Position numbers and translations under genes: made by a program. Below the pieces are notes generated by a model, which searched no databases, was not told where the DNA came from, and saw only the letters and a program-made list of their open reading frames with translations. From NCBI GenBank assembly GCA_003568945.1, contig BDIP01000047.1, positions 1-36,480 on the forward strand: 36,480 nucleotides of DNA. The letters run 5' to 3'. Below are positions 1 through 11,316 of the stretch, piece by piece; the first letter of the stretch is position 1; the number at the start of each line of letters is the position of its first letter. Source of the stretch: Kipferlia bialata (lineage: Eukaryota).

Positions 1-48
<48 letters not shown>
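1..48. repeat. Poly-G run; poly-C on the minus strand, inside the first MLH1 intron at the window edge
   Basis: 48 consecutive G. It lies downstream of the MLH1 exon-1 donor (GTATGT) on the minus strand. Shorter poly-C tracts occur near 3' ends of other introns here (e.g. about 3253-3270 and 30063-30074). The length may be an assembly artefact. Confidence 0.8.
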
Positions 49-51
<3 letters not shown>

Positions 52-146
52 CTGAGGTAAGAGGTATCCGTGGCCGATAGCAGAAACACAGTCACCCACC
101 CAGAGTCAACAAGACCTACATACATATAGCATCTGCTGATACATAC

Positions 147-233
147 CTCTTTGAGGGCATTGGCTGGTCGTTGAATAACCTCACCAGCTGCTATCCGGTC
201 CACAACCTCCTTTGACAAGCGTCTAATCGACAT
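147..233 (-). CDS. MLH1: DNA mismatch repair protein MLH1 (MutL family), first exon only; the gene runs off the window
   Basis: Minus strand 233->147 reads [29 protein letters not shown], the N-terminal MutL/MLH1 signature ([16 protein letters not shown]). A GTATGT donor follows at 146. Confidence 0.93.
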
Positions 234-543
234 AATATCACGCACACCCTCTCCAGGGACCCAAAGTGACTCTTTCTCTTACTCTTATGGGATGAGGAAG
301 GATCCACAGCTTCCCAACGGACCCCTATTTCTGCGGGGGATGTTAGTAACACTGTCACTAACACCGTGATAGTGAGTCCACCAGCCCACCCATGGGAGGC
401 ACTGGGATATAGGAACTCCTGCACAGGTAGGAGAAGGGCAGAGCTGCGGCTGATCAGTGTACTTGGTTCTGCTCTAATATGGGCAGTTTGGTCATGTGGA
501 GAAGGGGTGTTGTACAGACTCTTATAGATCTACTCTGAGAGTA

Positions 544-909
544 TCAGAGTGGGTTTATTCCCATTTGCTCCTCAATCATCTCACACATCAAGAGGTCATT
601 CATCGCATCCTGAAGAAAAAATTGATCACGCTTTCGTGCGAGGGATTGGGCGCTCTCCAGGCTCACTCGCGCCCTACCACTACTGATGGGACCAGGAACG
701 AAGCTCAGGGTGTTGGGGCGGTGCATTCCACACTTGGAGCTGCCCCTACGGCAACTATTGTGCTCAGCCACTGGCTCTCTCTCTCTCTCTCTCTTTCTCG
801 GTCTGGCACATCTACTGCTACGCTTCCTCGTGGTGTGGTCCGTCCCAGGTAACACTGGCTTCTTAAAAGTTACTGGCTTCTGGAGCTCCTCAGCAAGAGC
901 GCTACCCAT
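544..909 (-). CDS. Hypothetical protein, about 121 aa
   Basis: ATG at 909 opens MGSALAEELQKPVTFKKP...EEQMGINPL*, with an RERERE run like other genes here. No recognisable domain. Confidence 0.3.
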   Translation of the reverse strand: MGSALAEELQKPVTFKKPVLPGTDHTTRKRSSRCARPRKREREREPVAEHNSCRRGSSKCGMHRPNTLSFVPGPISSGRARVSLESAQSLARKRDQFFLQDAMNDLLMCEMIEEQMGINPL

Positions 910-956
910 ACCACACGCTTTAAGAAGCCATGGTGGGGTAACCACGGCGAGGTTGA

Positions 957-988
957 GCAATGTTGGCAATGTTCTGCAATGTTGGCAA
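957..988. repeat. Short tandem repeat of GCAATGTT(G/CT), about 3.5 units
   Basis: Sequence reads GCAATGTTG GCAATGTTCT GCAATGTTG GCAA. Confidence 0.7.
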
Positions 989-1217
989 CCCAACGACAGC
1001 AACGAAATATTATGGTTGCAGTAAGAATGAAATGACTTGTCTCTGTGACGGTCTACTAGTATAGGAATCAAACCCTAAACCGCTGATACTCTGGATCTAT
1101 TGTCTACTATCTGAATGGAACTGAAGAAGAGGAGTCCATGATGGCGTCCTTTGGCACGTACTCGCTCTCACATCTTCTCCTCACCCCTCTTTCGGGCCAC
1201 CACATCTCTTAGCATAG

Positions 1218-1978
1218 AACAACGGGATTGTTGTTAGTGGTGTTGCCAACACCACTGGTGTTGGTGCCTGAAGTAAGGTTTTGGGGTTCGCAAATCCACC
1301 GAGTAATAACCATAAAGCAGGGGATAAATAGTGAGTCCGCCTAAGGACTACTGACTTATACACAGTTTGACTGATTCGGTTGATCATTCGCCAGGAATTG
1401 TGTCATCTAACCCCCCAGTGATAAGAGTGCTGGGTGACCAATTGAACCGAGGGAATGTCAATTAGGCATTGTCAATGACGGTAGAGTAGAGTTACGAAAG
1501 TCTACTATGAGAGTGTCGATTGCAGAGTTTTCATACCTATTCAGGAGTAGCGTCGTCCGTGGCAAAATCGCATGGAATACAATTACATGCCTCACCCATA
1601 ATGATACCTCATATGATATGAAGTTCATTTCCCTAATCTCTGTGACTGACGTACCGATCACTATTGGACCAATAGCGATCTATTGGTCAGAGACTCATCA
1701 TGTGTCAGTGAATCACTGACTTAGTGATGGGTTCGTATAATACGAATACGAATCGTATTCAGTAAGATAACGATTATTGTGGTTTGTGGGTCCATTGTCA
1801 AACACTCCTACTGGGAGCTGGGAGACTCCTGCAGACAACTCGTACTGTTCGTGTTGGTATTCTTGCATAGAATTACCATAGGTAGTGCTAGTGCTACTAG
1901 ATTGAAAAAGCACCTAGCGACAAACTCCATTGGACATATCATATGTTGGAGGACATGTCACATATGTCTTGAAGACAT
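1218..1978. repeat. Cluster of overlapping inverted repeats, many with 1-nt centres
   Basis: AGTGGTGTTG-C-CAACACCACT (1236-1256); CCAACACCA-C-TGGTGTTGG (1246-1264); CTATTGG-A-CCAATAG (1661-1675); GACCAATAG-CGAT-CTATTGGTC (1667-1688); GTCAGTGA-A-TCACTGAC (1704-1720); TTCGTAT-A-ATACGAA (1732-1746); GAATACGA-A-TCGTATTC (1744-1760); ACATAT-C-ATATGT (1934-1946); ATGTCTT-G-AAGACAT (1964-1978). Confidence 0.8.
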
Positions 1979-2615
1979 TGTCTTCCAACCCAGCTTTAGT
2001 TCCGTATAAGGAGTCTTTATTGAGGTCGGGAATACTTGCAGTGGATAATCAATTCAAAATCTAGTTGACAAGGTTCCCAACTCTAACCCCACATCTGCGA
2101 GACCCAACACAAGTCAACTATATCTCCACTATATATTTATGGAAGTGACTGACCATCTAACTCGACGCTCAATGACTTCTACACTCATCCATGATGAGTC
2201 ATCACCCCCACTTTAATCTCCAGGCTGCAGTCTTCAGCTGTTACACGAATCTCATGGTCAGCCTGACTTGAGAACAGTGCCAACTTGGGTGGTCCCGAGT
2301 CTGGATCATTCGGTGAGAGTCCTCATCCCTTCTGCGTCCTCACCACTTCAAATACGGCATGACAGAAAAGCGGTTGTGGTGAACACTCTCAGCTATTGGA
2401 CTCCAGTAGGAGTCTCCTACTGTAGGAGAATATGTGACACTTGGAGAATCGTGTAGAACCGTGGATCTCCGATTCTCATCTTCGGAATATCGGCCAGCGT
2501 ATTGTATGAACATCTCATATCTACAGTCTTCTCTTTGGGTGTATCAGTGGAGGGCTGTATCGTATACACGTGTTCTACCAGGGTTTGTTCTGAGTCCCTG
2601 TGAGACCCTACTTGT

Positions 2616-5600
2616 ATGGCATCACCACCCGATGAGAGCGACAAGGATAAGGATGTCCCAACATCAGTGGTTACCAATCCACCGAAGGAGGATGTAGATA
2701 CACCAGCCGAGACTGCCAAAGAGGAGCCGGGGGCTACCAAAACTACTACCACGGACCTTGCCGGGTCTGCCTCTGAGGGGGAGTACAGCCTGTCAGACTC
2801 CTCTGACATGTTCTCTCACAGAACATCTGGGTCTTCACTCTCTGCCCCCTTCACGGCTGGGCCTGACCAGTGGTCGTCTCTGTCTTCTCTGACGTCCTCG
2901 GGATGGGGGTCTGGGGGTGGGTGGGGTACATCCCTCGCCACTCGCGGGTGGGGGGCAGGCCTCCAGGGCGTCTCGTCCTATAACACTCAGAGGAGAGAGA
3001 GGGAACAGGCCGAGGAGAGAGAGAGGAAGCGCCGCCTTGATGCCCTAACCAGCTCCGAAGGTGCAGTTCTTATGTTCCTGGTGTCTGTTGCTCTATGTTT
3101 CTACACATATGTATCATTCAAGGTACATTAGTCTGATCCTAGGACTGGCCCAGCTAGCCACTCTCCTGACATCCAAGCACCCCCCTCAAGGTCTCTCCAA
3201 CCTTGGAAACACATGTTTTCTCAATTCAGCTCTGCAGGTATTCTCTCTCTTGCCCCCCCCCCCCCTCCCCCTCTCTTCCTCTCAATGCATACGTTGCAGC
3301 TCTTTTCTCTATTTTGAGTTGTTTCTCCTCATAACCAATAGTTTTCATGATAGATCCATTCTAAGTGCCAGGTCCTCTCCTCCTCTGTGCACCACCGGGC
3401 TAGTCTGGCCAGGTGTCTGACTGCACAGGACTGTGACACCACTCCCTCAGAGGGAGAGGGAGAGGCAGAGGCAGAAGGGGTAGAGGCGGAGGGAGAGAAG
3501 AAGGGAGAGGAAGTGAGTGAGGATGGGGTATGTGGTATGGGAGAGGATGGCACTGGGACCAAGGCCCATTCCCCCGGTATGGGTATGGGCAAGCGTTCCC
3601 CCCACCCCCACCACCGGTCCATCACTTCGTCCCCCCTCCAGATGCAGTGGCTGCGGTTCCTATGCAGTATGAGCAATGCAGGGACACACGGTGGACAGGG
3701 GGTGGTGCCACGCTCCGTCACCATCCACGACCTGTACCGCACCCTGGGCCGCACTCCCTCCCTCAGTCAGTACACAGACGGAAGGTGGGTAGTGGAATGG
3801 GGATTCTTACATCTTGCACTCATATCTATGGATCCAATAACCCTTGTTATTCACTGTGTATCCTCTATACTATATATACTTACCATAGGCAACACGACGC
3901 CCATGCTGTGGTGTGCATGCTTCTTGATGAGCTGGACTTTGCCTCCAAGAAGGCGGGTGACACATCCAGTCCCTACAGCGCATCTCTCAGGTCCAGGATG
4001 CACCAGGTACAGATGCAGTGGAGATACACAGGCCTCAGTTGTATTTGTATGTAGCTCCCAATACCCTCTCTCTCCCAATCCTCTGCCTGACCCATATCAC
4101 CACATGCACCGTGTGTGGGACTGGGTACCACTCTTCGGGGCAGACCACAGACGGCCTCGAGGTATGCAGTGCATGTGTGTATGTACATGAGACACATTGT
4201 ATTTGAGGCGACACAGTAGTCAAGGATGTGTGTTCTTCTCTCCTTATGTGCAGGTAGATCTGGAGAGTGCCATGCCTGGGTGTCTGAAGAGGGTGTTGGT
4301 GAGGGGTAGGGACAGAGAGGCAGAGGCAGAGGGGGGTGAGGGGGGAGACACACCCTCCAGCCCTCGGAAAGATGTCTTAACACCTACAGGGAGTGTCACG
4401 CCAGGGGAGTCTGCAACTGGGGAGGGAGAGACAGAGACTTGTACCAAGGAGGTTGCAGAGACGGAGCCCGTCCAGGCAGGTGGCTCTGGCCCTCAGTGCC
4501 CCATGCTTGTGGGAGGGGGGTACACGAGCAGAGAGGGCATGGACCCTGAGATGGCAGCATATGAGACCCTGAGGGGGTGGATTGACACTGACCACCCTGC
4601 CGCACCGACCCCCCCTGAGGCCCCCCCCACCAAGCGACCCAGTCCCCACCAGTCTGGGCAGGGGATGCGCTATGCCCTGAGGTCTGGCTGGGGAGGGCGG
4701 CAGTCGTCCCCCCTTGACCTGCGTGTGCTGCTGTCCCACCTGCTGCTGCCGGACTATGTCGACAGCACCTATGTGTGCCGGGTATGCTCCACCAGGGCTG
4801 CCATCAGGTGGATAGGGCAGCTGTGTGTCAAGCTGGAGGCAGAACTGGTGGGTCTGGAGAGGCAGTATGACTCCGAGAGTGCCCAGGATGTCAGGGACAG
4901 TGACACCCAGAGAGAGAGAGACGCGGCATATGCCCAGGACAAAGAGGACATCCAGTCCAAGATTAACCAGCGCAAAGAGATACTGCGTCTGATGGAGCTG
5001 GTACTGGGGGTGGAGATGGAAGTGGCCGCAACAGGGGGGGAGTTCGAGGACCTGCTGAGGCTACACCCTGACTGTGGCACTGACGATGGGAAGAAGGCCC
5101 TTGACTGGCGTAAGAAGATCATGGCGTCCAAGACCATCAGGCGCATGACCAGTGTGTATGTACGGCAGTTTAGGGTGGGGTCTCCACCCAAGAGTGTGCT
5201 GGTGCACCTGAAGGTGGGATCATGATATGATACTACAGACACTCATTGCTCTTCACTCGTCTCTCCATATTACTGACCCAGCGCTTCAGCCAGAGCTCGT
5301 CCAGCCAGGGCATGGATGACAGTGACTCGGATGATGGCTATGGGTCTCTGTACAGTGGGTACCACTCATTCAGGGGGAACAGCCGGCCTGTGCTGGCCAA
5401 GGACTCGAGGCCTGTATCCTTCCCTGAGACCCTCGACATATCTGCCCTGTACTATGAGGACAAGCACCAGGCAGAGAGGGTGTACAGGGACAGGGTGTCT
5501 GGGGTGGTGGGGCAGGACCTGGCCATACACCCTCTACCAGTGACAGGGGGTGGGGGCGAGGGGTGTGTGAGGGCGGTCTACAGGCTCAGGGGTGTTGTAG

Positions 5601-5894
5601 AGCACCATGGGTCACTGGGTGGCGGTCACTACACGGCCTCCACAAGGGCAGACCTGGCATCGGGGCAGACGTGGTTCAAGGTATGGATTGTAGTTCACGT
5701 AGTATGTCCTGAATCCCAGTGTTGCTATACCTTTACTCTCATGAGCCACACGCCCTCTCTGACCCCGTAATACATGTCCAATGCATATCTCTAATATACA
5801 GTGCAACGACAGCCACATCAGCCGCACCCAGGTCCAGAGTGTGCTAGGGGGCAGTGCCTCTTCGGCCTCAGTTCTACTCTATGAGATGGACTGA
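2616..5894 (+). CDS. Ubiquitin-specific protease (USP, peptidase C19), 8 exons
   Basis: Exons 2616-3060, 3143-3237, 3372-3784, 3889-4006, 4096-4161 (acceptor uncertain), 4254-5213, 5282-5680, 5802-5894. Motifs: Cys box GLSNLGNTCFLNSALQ, QHDAH, CTVC/CRVC zinc pairs, VHLK|RF, His box VVEHHGSLGGGHYTA, WFK|CNDS, C-terminal VLLYE. Confidence 0.93.
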
Positions 5895-6262
5895 ATAGGG
5901 GGATCATCAGTCTGACCACTCTGTCATTGTACACGACATTCCTTACCTTTGATCATTTATCCTGTTTCTATGCAATATGTCTGAAGGTGTGCTTCCAGTA
6001 GTAGATTCCCCGTGTGGTTTTGAGTGTCTGACTGATAGCGGGTGGTAGTATGAGAGACTCCCGTTGAGAGTACTGCACACTTGTGCCACGTGTCTGTTAC
6101 GAGATGGAAGGCGACTCTATGATACTCATAACAATCTTCGACGAAAAACACAACCATTCAACTGAGGAAGGAGCATTCATTGGTCACTTGAACAGTTCCA
6201 AAACAGAAACAATAACATACAAAAGCAAGAACTGATGTCAAGTGTGTATAGTACACAGGGTT

Positions 6263-8158
6263 CTATCGCCGCGTCCTTCTGGTAGTTGAGGCAGACGGCC
6301 GCGACACTCTGTCACGACTTGGCCTCTCACTAGCCCTAGAAACACCGCTGGGGGTGCGTCTTACGGTAGAGCGTCTGCGAGGCCTGTCCTTCTTCGCCTC
6401 CTTCTCCTTCTCCTTCTCCCTCTCCCTCTCCCTCATAGTTCTCTCCCGCTCATCCAGGACGTCTTCCAACACACGCCTCAGAGCATCATCGGACACACCC
6501 CCATACTGGCTGGAGCCCAGTGGCGCAGGTGCCGACGCATCTCTGCCCATCGATCCTGACAGAGACAGGTCATGGGCCAAGGGCGGAGGGGGGGACAGAA
6601 GCAACGGAGATGGGGCGTCTGCCACTCCCACGGCAGTGCCCTCCCTGGAGTAGTCCCTACCCTGTGCCTGTGCCTGTGTCTCTGTGGGGTGTCTGGGTGC
6701 CTGTACCGCCCCAGCCACAGGGGGGACCATCAGGCCCTGCCTGGGCTGGGGGGCCGATGGCCACCTCACGTCAGTCCTCTGCGTCACAGTGTGTGGCTGA
6801 GGTTCTGTCGGGTATGCAGTGTAGGTGGGTGGCCCCTGTGTCTGTGGCATCTGGCCCTGCATCATGTGTAGCTGCAAGGTGAGGTCCCTCTCCCTCTGCA
6901 CCGCCGCTGCCTCAGCCGCCAGTCTCTCTGTCCTCTCCCTCTCTGCATCCTGTCTCAGTCTCTCCACCTCCTCCCTCAGTCCTGACGCAGTACCCTCCAG
7001 CACCTGCCTCTCTGCCTTTGCCTCATCCAGCCTCTCTCTCCACATCTGGCCCTCCCCCTGGGCCTTCACTAGCTGACCCTGCAGAGCAGACAGAGCCACA
7101 CTCTCCTGCTCCGTAGTCTCTCTCCTCGCAGCATCCAGGTTCTTCTCTAGTGTCTCATTGCGAGAGTGCAGTATCTTGATGGTGTGCTCACATGCCACCA
7201 GTCCCGACACGGCCTCCTGCAGCCTGGCCTTGTACTCCTGGGCCTCGGTCCCTGCCTGCTCAGCCTGCCTCTGCACACTATCCACCTCGGCCCGGGTGGG
7301 AGCAGTGCCGCCCCTATGTGTCAGAGGGATGTATTGGACATATATATATATGGATATATATAGGGTCTGTGAAATTGCGTTACGCTCGTGCACACACCGC
7401 ATTTCCCTCCTCTTCGCTCCAACATACAACACAACGATACTATCAGTGTGACTAGACCCCCCCCCCCCCCACCTGAGCTCTGCCAGCTCTGCCTCCCTAG
7501 CCGCCATGCCCTCCCTGGCCTCTGCCTCCCTCTGCCTCAGTTCTTCCACCATGCGCTGTCCCCCGGCCTCAGCTGCAGCCAAACGGGACTGGGTGAGGAA
7601 GGGGGTAGAGATGTATTCATAATATGAATAGTGAAGGAATGAGTGGTTCTCACACTAGTCCACCCACCTCCAGCTCTGCCACTGCTGCCTCTGCCCTGGC
7701 CCTCTGCTGCTGTGCCCCAGTGCACTCCTCCCTGGCAGCCAGGCCGTCCCGCTCTGCCCTTGTCAGTGCCGCCTCCACCCTCTGTACCTGGGCCTGGGCC
7801 GCCTCCAGCTGGTGCCGCAAGGCGTCTGCCTCAGTCTTTGCGGCATCATTCACCTCCCGTGCCCTCTCGCACTCCCCCAGCAACCCCCTGACCTCCGCTG
7901 CCTCTGCCTGGGCCTGTCTGAACAGACGCGCAGGGCCGGCAAGGGCCTGGTTCTCGGCAGTCACCGCCTGACACTCCCTCTCGGCGGCATCTGCCCGTGC
8001 CTGCTCAGCCCGTATCGTATCTTGGGCAGTATGGAGCTCTGAGTGGAGCTGGGCCAGGGCCTGTGACTGTGCCGCCCTGTCTCTGTCCTGATCTTGGGCG
8101 TGGAGGGCACTGGCAGCCTGGGCGGCATCCTTGGCAGAGGCGGCCTGGGGGGTCAAGG

Positions 8159-8191
<33 letters not shown>

Positions 8192-9156
8192 GTGTGTATC
8201 CCACGACATATGACTAGTAACCCTACCTCTTCCCCCGCCTCTAGCAACCGACGAGACAGCTCCCCCCTCTCTGTCTCGTGCACTGCCAGCGCATTGGTGT
8301 ACTGCCTCCTAGTCACCTCGTGCAGCCGCCTCTCCTCCGCAAGGTCTGACGACAGCTGTGCCTCTACCGCCTCTCTCTCCCCTGTCAGTGTGTCCAGGCG
8401 GGACCGGACCTCAGACAGCTCCCTACCCCTCGCCTGACTCTCCTGCATTGTGAGTCATTACGGATATCACTTACTCGGCCGCTTCTCTGTCATGATTCAT
8501 CCATAGACACTGAGAATACATGTCATAACAGTACCTGGGTCACCCTAGTGAGATGTGCCTCGGTCTGGGCAAGAGAGGATGCGATCTGGGGTTGGGTACA
8601 ATGGTAGACTGTCTACTTCACCAAAGCGTAGTTTGGAGAATGCCAAAGAGATATAGACACATAGTTTCTCAGGAGTATAACCAGGAAGCACACAGCATAT
8701 ATATGTGTGGGGATGCATAGAGAGGTACCTGCTCCGTGTCCTGGAGAGACCGGGCATGGATCGTCTCCCTCTCAGCGATCTGAGGGTAGAAGAAGTGAAT
8801 ATGACAAGAGACTAGATACATAGTGCAGTCCAAGTGACAGCACCCACCAGACACTTGATGCGTTCACCAGCATTCATGAGTTCTGCCTCCAGCTGCCTGA
8901 TAATGACATCCTGTTGGGAAGACGCTGGAGTGAGAAGGAATCGTCTCCTCTGTAGACAATGGTTCCATGGTTTCTGGTCCTTACCTTTCTCCCACTGCTG
9001 CCTCTGAGTCCTCAAAGCCACTTCACGTGCTTCCAACTGTGTCCGTAGCTCTACACATTGAGCAGTAGCTCTCACCCTAAGGTCTCGCTCCCTCGACTGC
9101 TCCCGACCATATGGGTTGTTTTGACTCTGAATCAAGCTCCCCTGAGCGTTGAACAT
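6263..9156 (-). CDS. Long coiled-coil protein with Pro/Gln-rich and basic C-terminal tail (possibly cytoskeletal or basal-body), about 8-9 exons
   Basis: ATG at 9156 (MFNAQG...). E/A/R/Q-rich heptad exons join in frame through GT-AG introns (e.g. EK-A-SSQQD, KCL|IAERE, TEQ|IASSL, GEE|AASAK, ELE|SRLAA, ELR|GGTAP). Ends TRR-TAG at 6263. Confidence 0.8.
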
Positions 9157-9501
9157 AGGAAGGAGACACTCTCACTGCCAGAGTCTCACTGCCAGAGTCA
9201 GACACCCAGTAAGAAAGAGAGTCTAAGGCTAAATCGGTCACTTTCAAAACAACTCAAATTTGGTCAGCAAGAAATACTAAACCCAAGGGTTTGTTCCGAA
9301 TTGGTCCAGCCAGCATGATGCCCTGCAGCCAAAAGCTGACTTCTTTACGGCGTTTTATTAGTCCTGGTACAATTCAGGGACACTTACTTGACCGTGTGGT
9401 CTGCTGCCCTAAGGGGATCGGTCACAGTGACTTATAGGGATTTTCAATTCCACCTAGAAGGTCCTGAGATTGTTTTGTAGGTTTCCACACGAGGCTAGTT
9501 A
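9157..9501. promoter_or_regulatory. Putative bidirectional promoter between the coiled-coil gene and the AGC kinase; includes a 14-bp tandem duplication
   Basis: 345-bp head-to-head gap. CTCACTGCCAGAGT occurs twice at 9171-9198, just upstream of the minus-strand ATG. Confidence 0.45.
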
Positions 9502-11316
9502 ATGGGGCCCTCTCTGTCGAGCCCCGAGACCCATCCGGGCCAGAAGACTGTTGGTGGCAGGTCTTCTCACACCACACCTCCCAGGGGAGATAGAAAGAAG
9601 TCAGTATCCAATTCCGACGACAGTCACGGCCACCATGGTCACCACAGCAGGATGCAGAGCAGCGGCGTCCACGGATACAGTCACCAGATGAAGCGAGGGG
9701 AGTTCAATCCCGATGAGCTATCAGTGGACCACTTCGAGAACATCTCCATGCTGGGCAAGGGAACATTTGCTAAGGTGGGTGCGATATGCTATGTGGTTTG
9801 AGGGGTGTCTCCCATATGTCCTTCTCATATCAGGTGCTTCTTGTCCGCCGCAAGGGCACGGACGAGCTGTACGCTCTCAAGATTCTGAACAAGGCCAGTC
9901 TCATTGAGCAGCTGCAGGTATGGATACGATATGGCAGTCGGGTGGAAGACTGGCCGCAGGTTGGTGATTGTCACCCATGTGGCCCTTGACCCTAGGTTGA
10001 GCACACCCTGCAGGAGCGCATTGTGTTTGCCAGGTGCCGCCACCCGTTCCTCGTGAGGCTTCACGCGTCCTTCCAGAGCCGCGACTCCCTCTACTTCCTG
10101 CTGGACTATGTGCCAGGGGGGGAGGTCTTCTTCCACCTCAAGAGGCAGAGACGCCTCAGCGAGCGCCGCACGAGGCTGTATCTGGCTGAGATCATCCTGG
10201 CCCTGGAGTACCTGCACCAGCACGACATTGTGTACAGGGACCTCAAGCCCGAGAACATCCTGCTCGACGCAGAAGGCCACATCAAGTGAGTTGTACTACT
10301 GTATATGTATATATTTACACTGCATCTCCTCCCTTTTCTTGTCATACCTGTTCAGTGTCCCTGACCCCAGGCTGACCGACTTTGGTCTGTGCAAGGTTGA
10401 CCTCAACGGCACCCTGGGCGCCCGTACCTTCTGCGGCACCCCCGAGTACATGGCCCCCGAGGTCATCCTCAACCAGGGCCACGGCAAGGCAGTCGACTTC
10501 TGGGCCCTCGGCACCATTGCATACGAGTTTGTGACCGGGCTGCCCCCCTTCTACAGCCGCGACAGGCGCCAGATGTACGAGCGCATCATCTCCAGCCAGC
10601 TCACCTTCCCTCCCCACGTGTCCCGGTCCTGCCAGTCCCTGATCAGAGGCCTCCTCATCCGCAACCCCAGGCAGCGTCTGGGGTGCAGGGAGAAGGGCAT
10701 GCAGGAGCTGAAGGAGCACCCGTTCTTCTTCAGCCTGGACTACGACAGGGTGTACCACAGACAGGTGAAGCCGGTGTTTGTGCCCAGTGTGAGGCATGCC
10801 TCCGACACCGGCAACTTTGATGCCCTGTACACTGCGTGCCGTGACGTCGAGAACGACCAGGAGCTCGACATTGGGGAGCACCCCCCCGTCGACAACACCG
10901 AGTGGGACGGGAGGGGGAAGGACCCCTTCGTCGGGTTCAGCTACATTGCAGACCACGCCGTGCCGCCTGCTCTGTCTAGAGGCAAGGACGGACACGGCCA
11001 CCTGTCCCTGGGCACCCAGGACCTGCTCATGAGTGCCTCTGGGGACGTGCCCCTCTTCTCGCAGCCCTCCGCCGACCTGGGCTCCACCTTTGCGGCAGAG
11101 ATGGAGGTGGGCACCGGTGATCAGGACGACAGCAGCAGTGACGACGGGTCCTACCCCCAGGACATGCCCGTTGGGATGCAGGGGGTGGTGTCCAACCAGG
11201 GAGACCTCTTCCAGCTAGGCCCAGAGAACGACGACGACGACGACGACGACCTGCCCGACTCCGACGGCTTCAGCAGCGACAGCTTCGACTCTGACCGGGA
11301 CTCTGACAGTGTGTGA
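9502..11316 (+). CDS. AGC-family Ser/Thr kinase (S6K/SGK/Sch9-like, no PH domain), about 530 aa, 4 exons
   Basis: Exons 9502-9774, 9834-9917, 9996-10285, 10371-11316. Motifs: GKGTFAKV, YALK, YRDLKPEN, DFG, TFCGTPEYMAPE, C-tail NFD and hydrophobic motif FVGFSY, followed by an acidic tail. Confidence 0.95.

Noticed and set aside
1..48. Poly-G as a telomere or functional G-quadruplex
   Set aside because: Better explained as an intronic poly-C tract of MLH1 at a contig edge; similar tracts occur in other introns.
1218..1978. CRISPR array or transposon terminal inverted repeats
   Set aside because: The palindromes differ in sequence and are irregularly spaced, with no cas or transposase ORF and no target-site duplication.
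2191..2266. Possible C/D snoRNA (ATGATGA ... CTGA, about 76 nt)
   Set aside because: No canonical terminal stem and no rRNA-complementary guide that I can recognise. It would need snoscan or small-RNA data.
3061..3131. Hydrophobic tail-anchor-like C-terminus of ORF 2616-3131
   Set aside because: It is read-through into T-rich intron 1 of the USP gene; splicing 3060/3143 restores the Cys-box frame.
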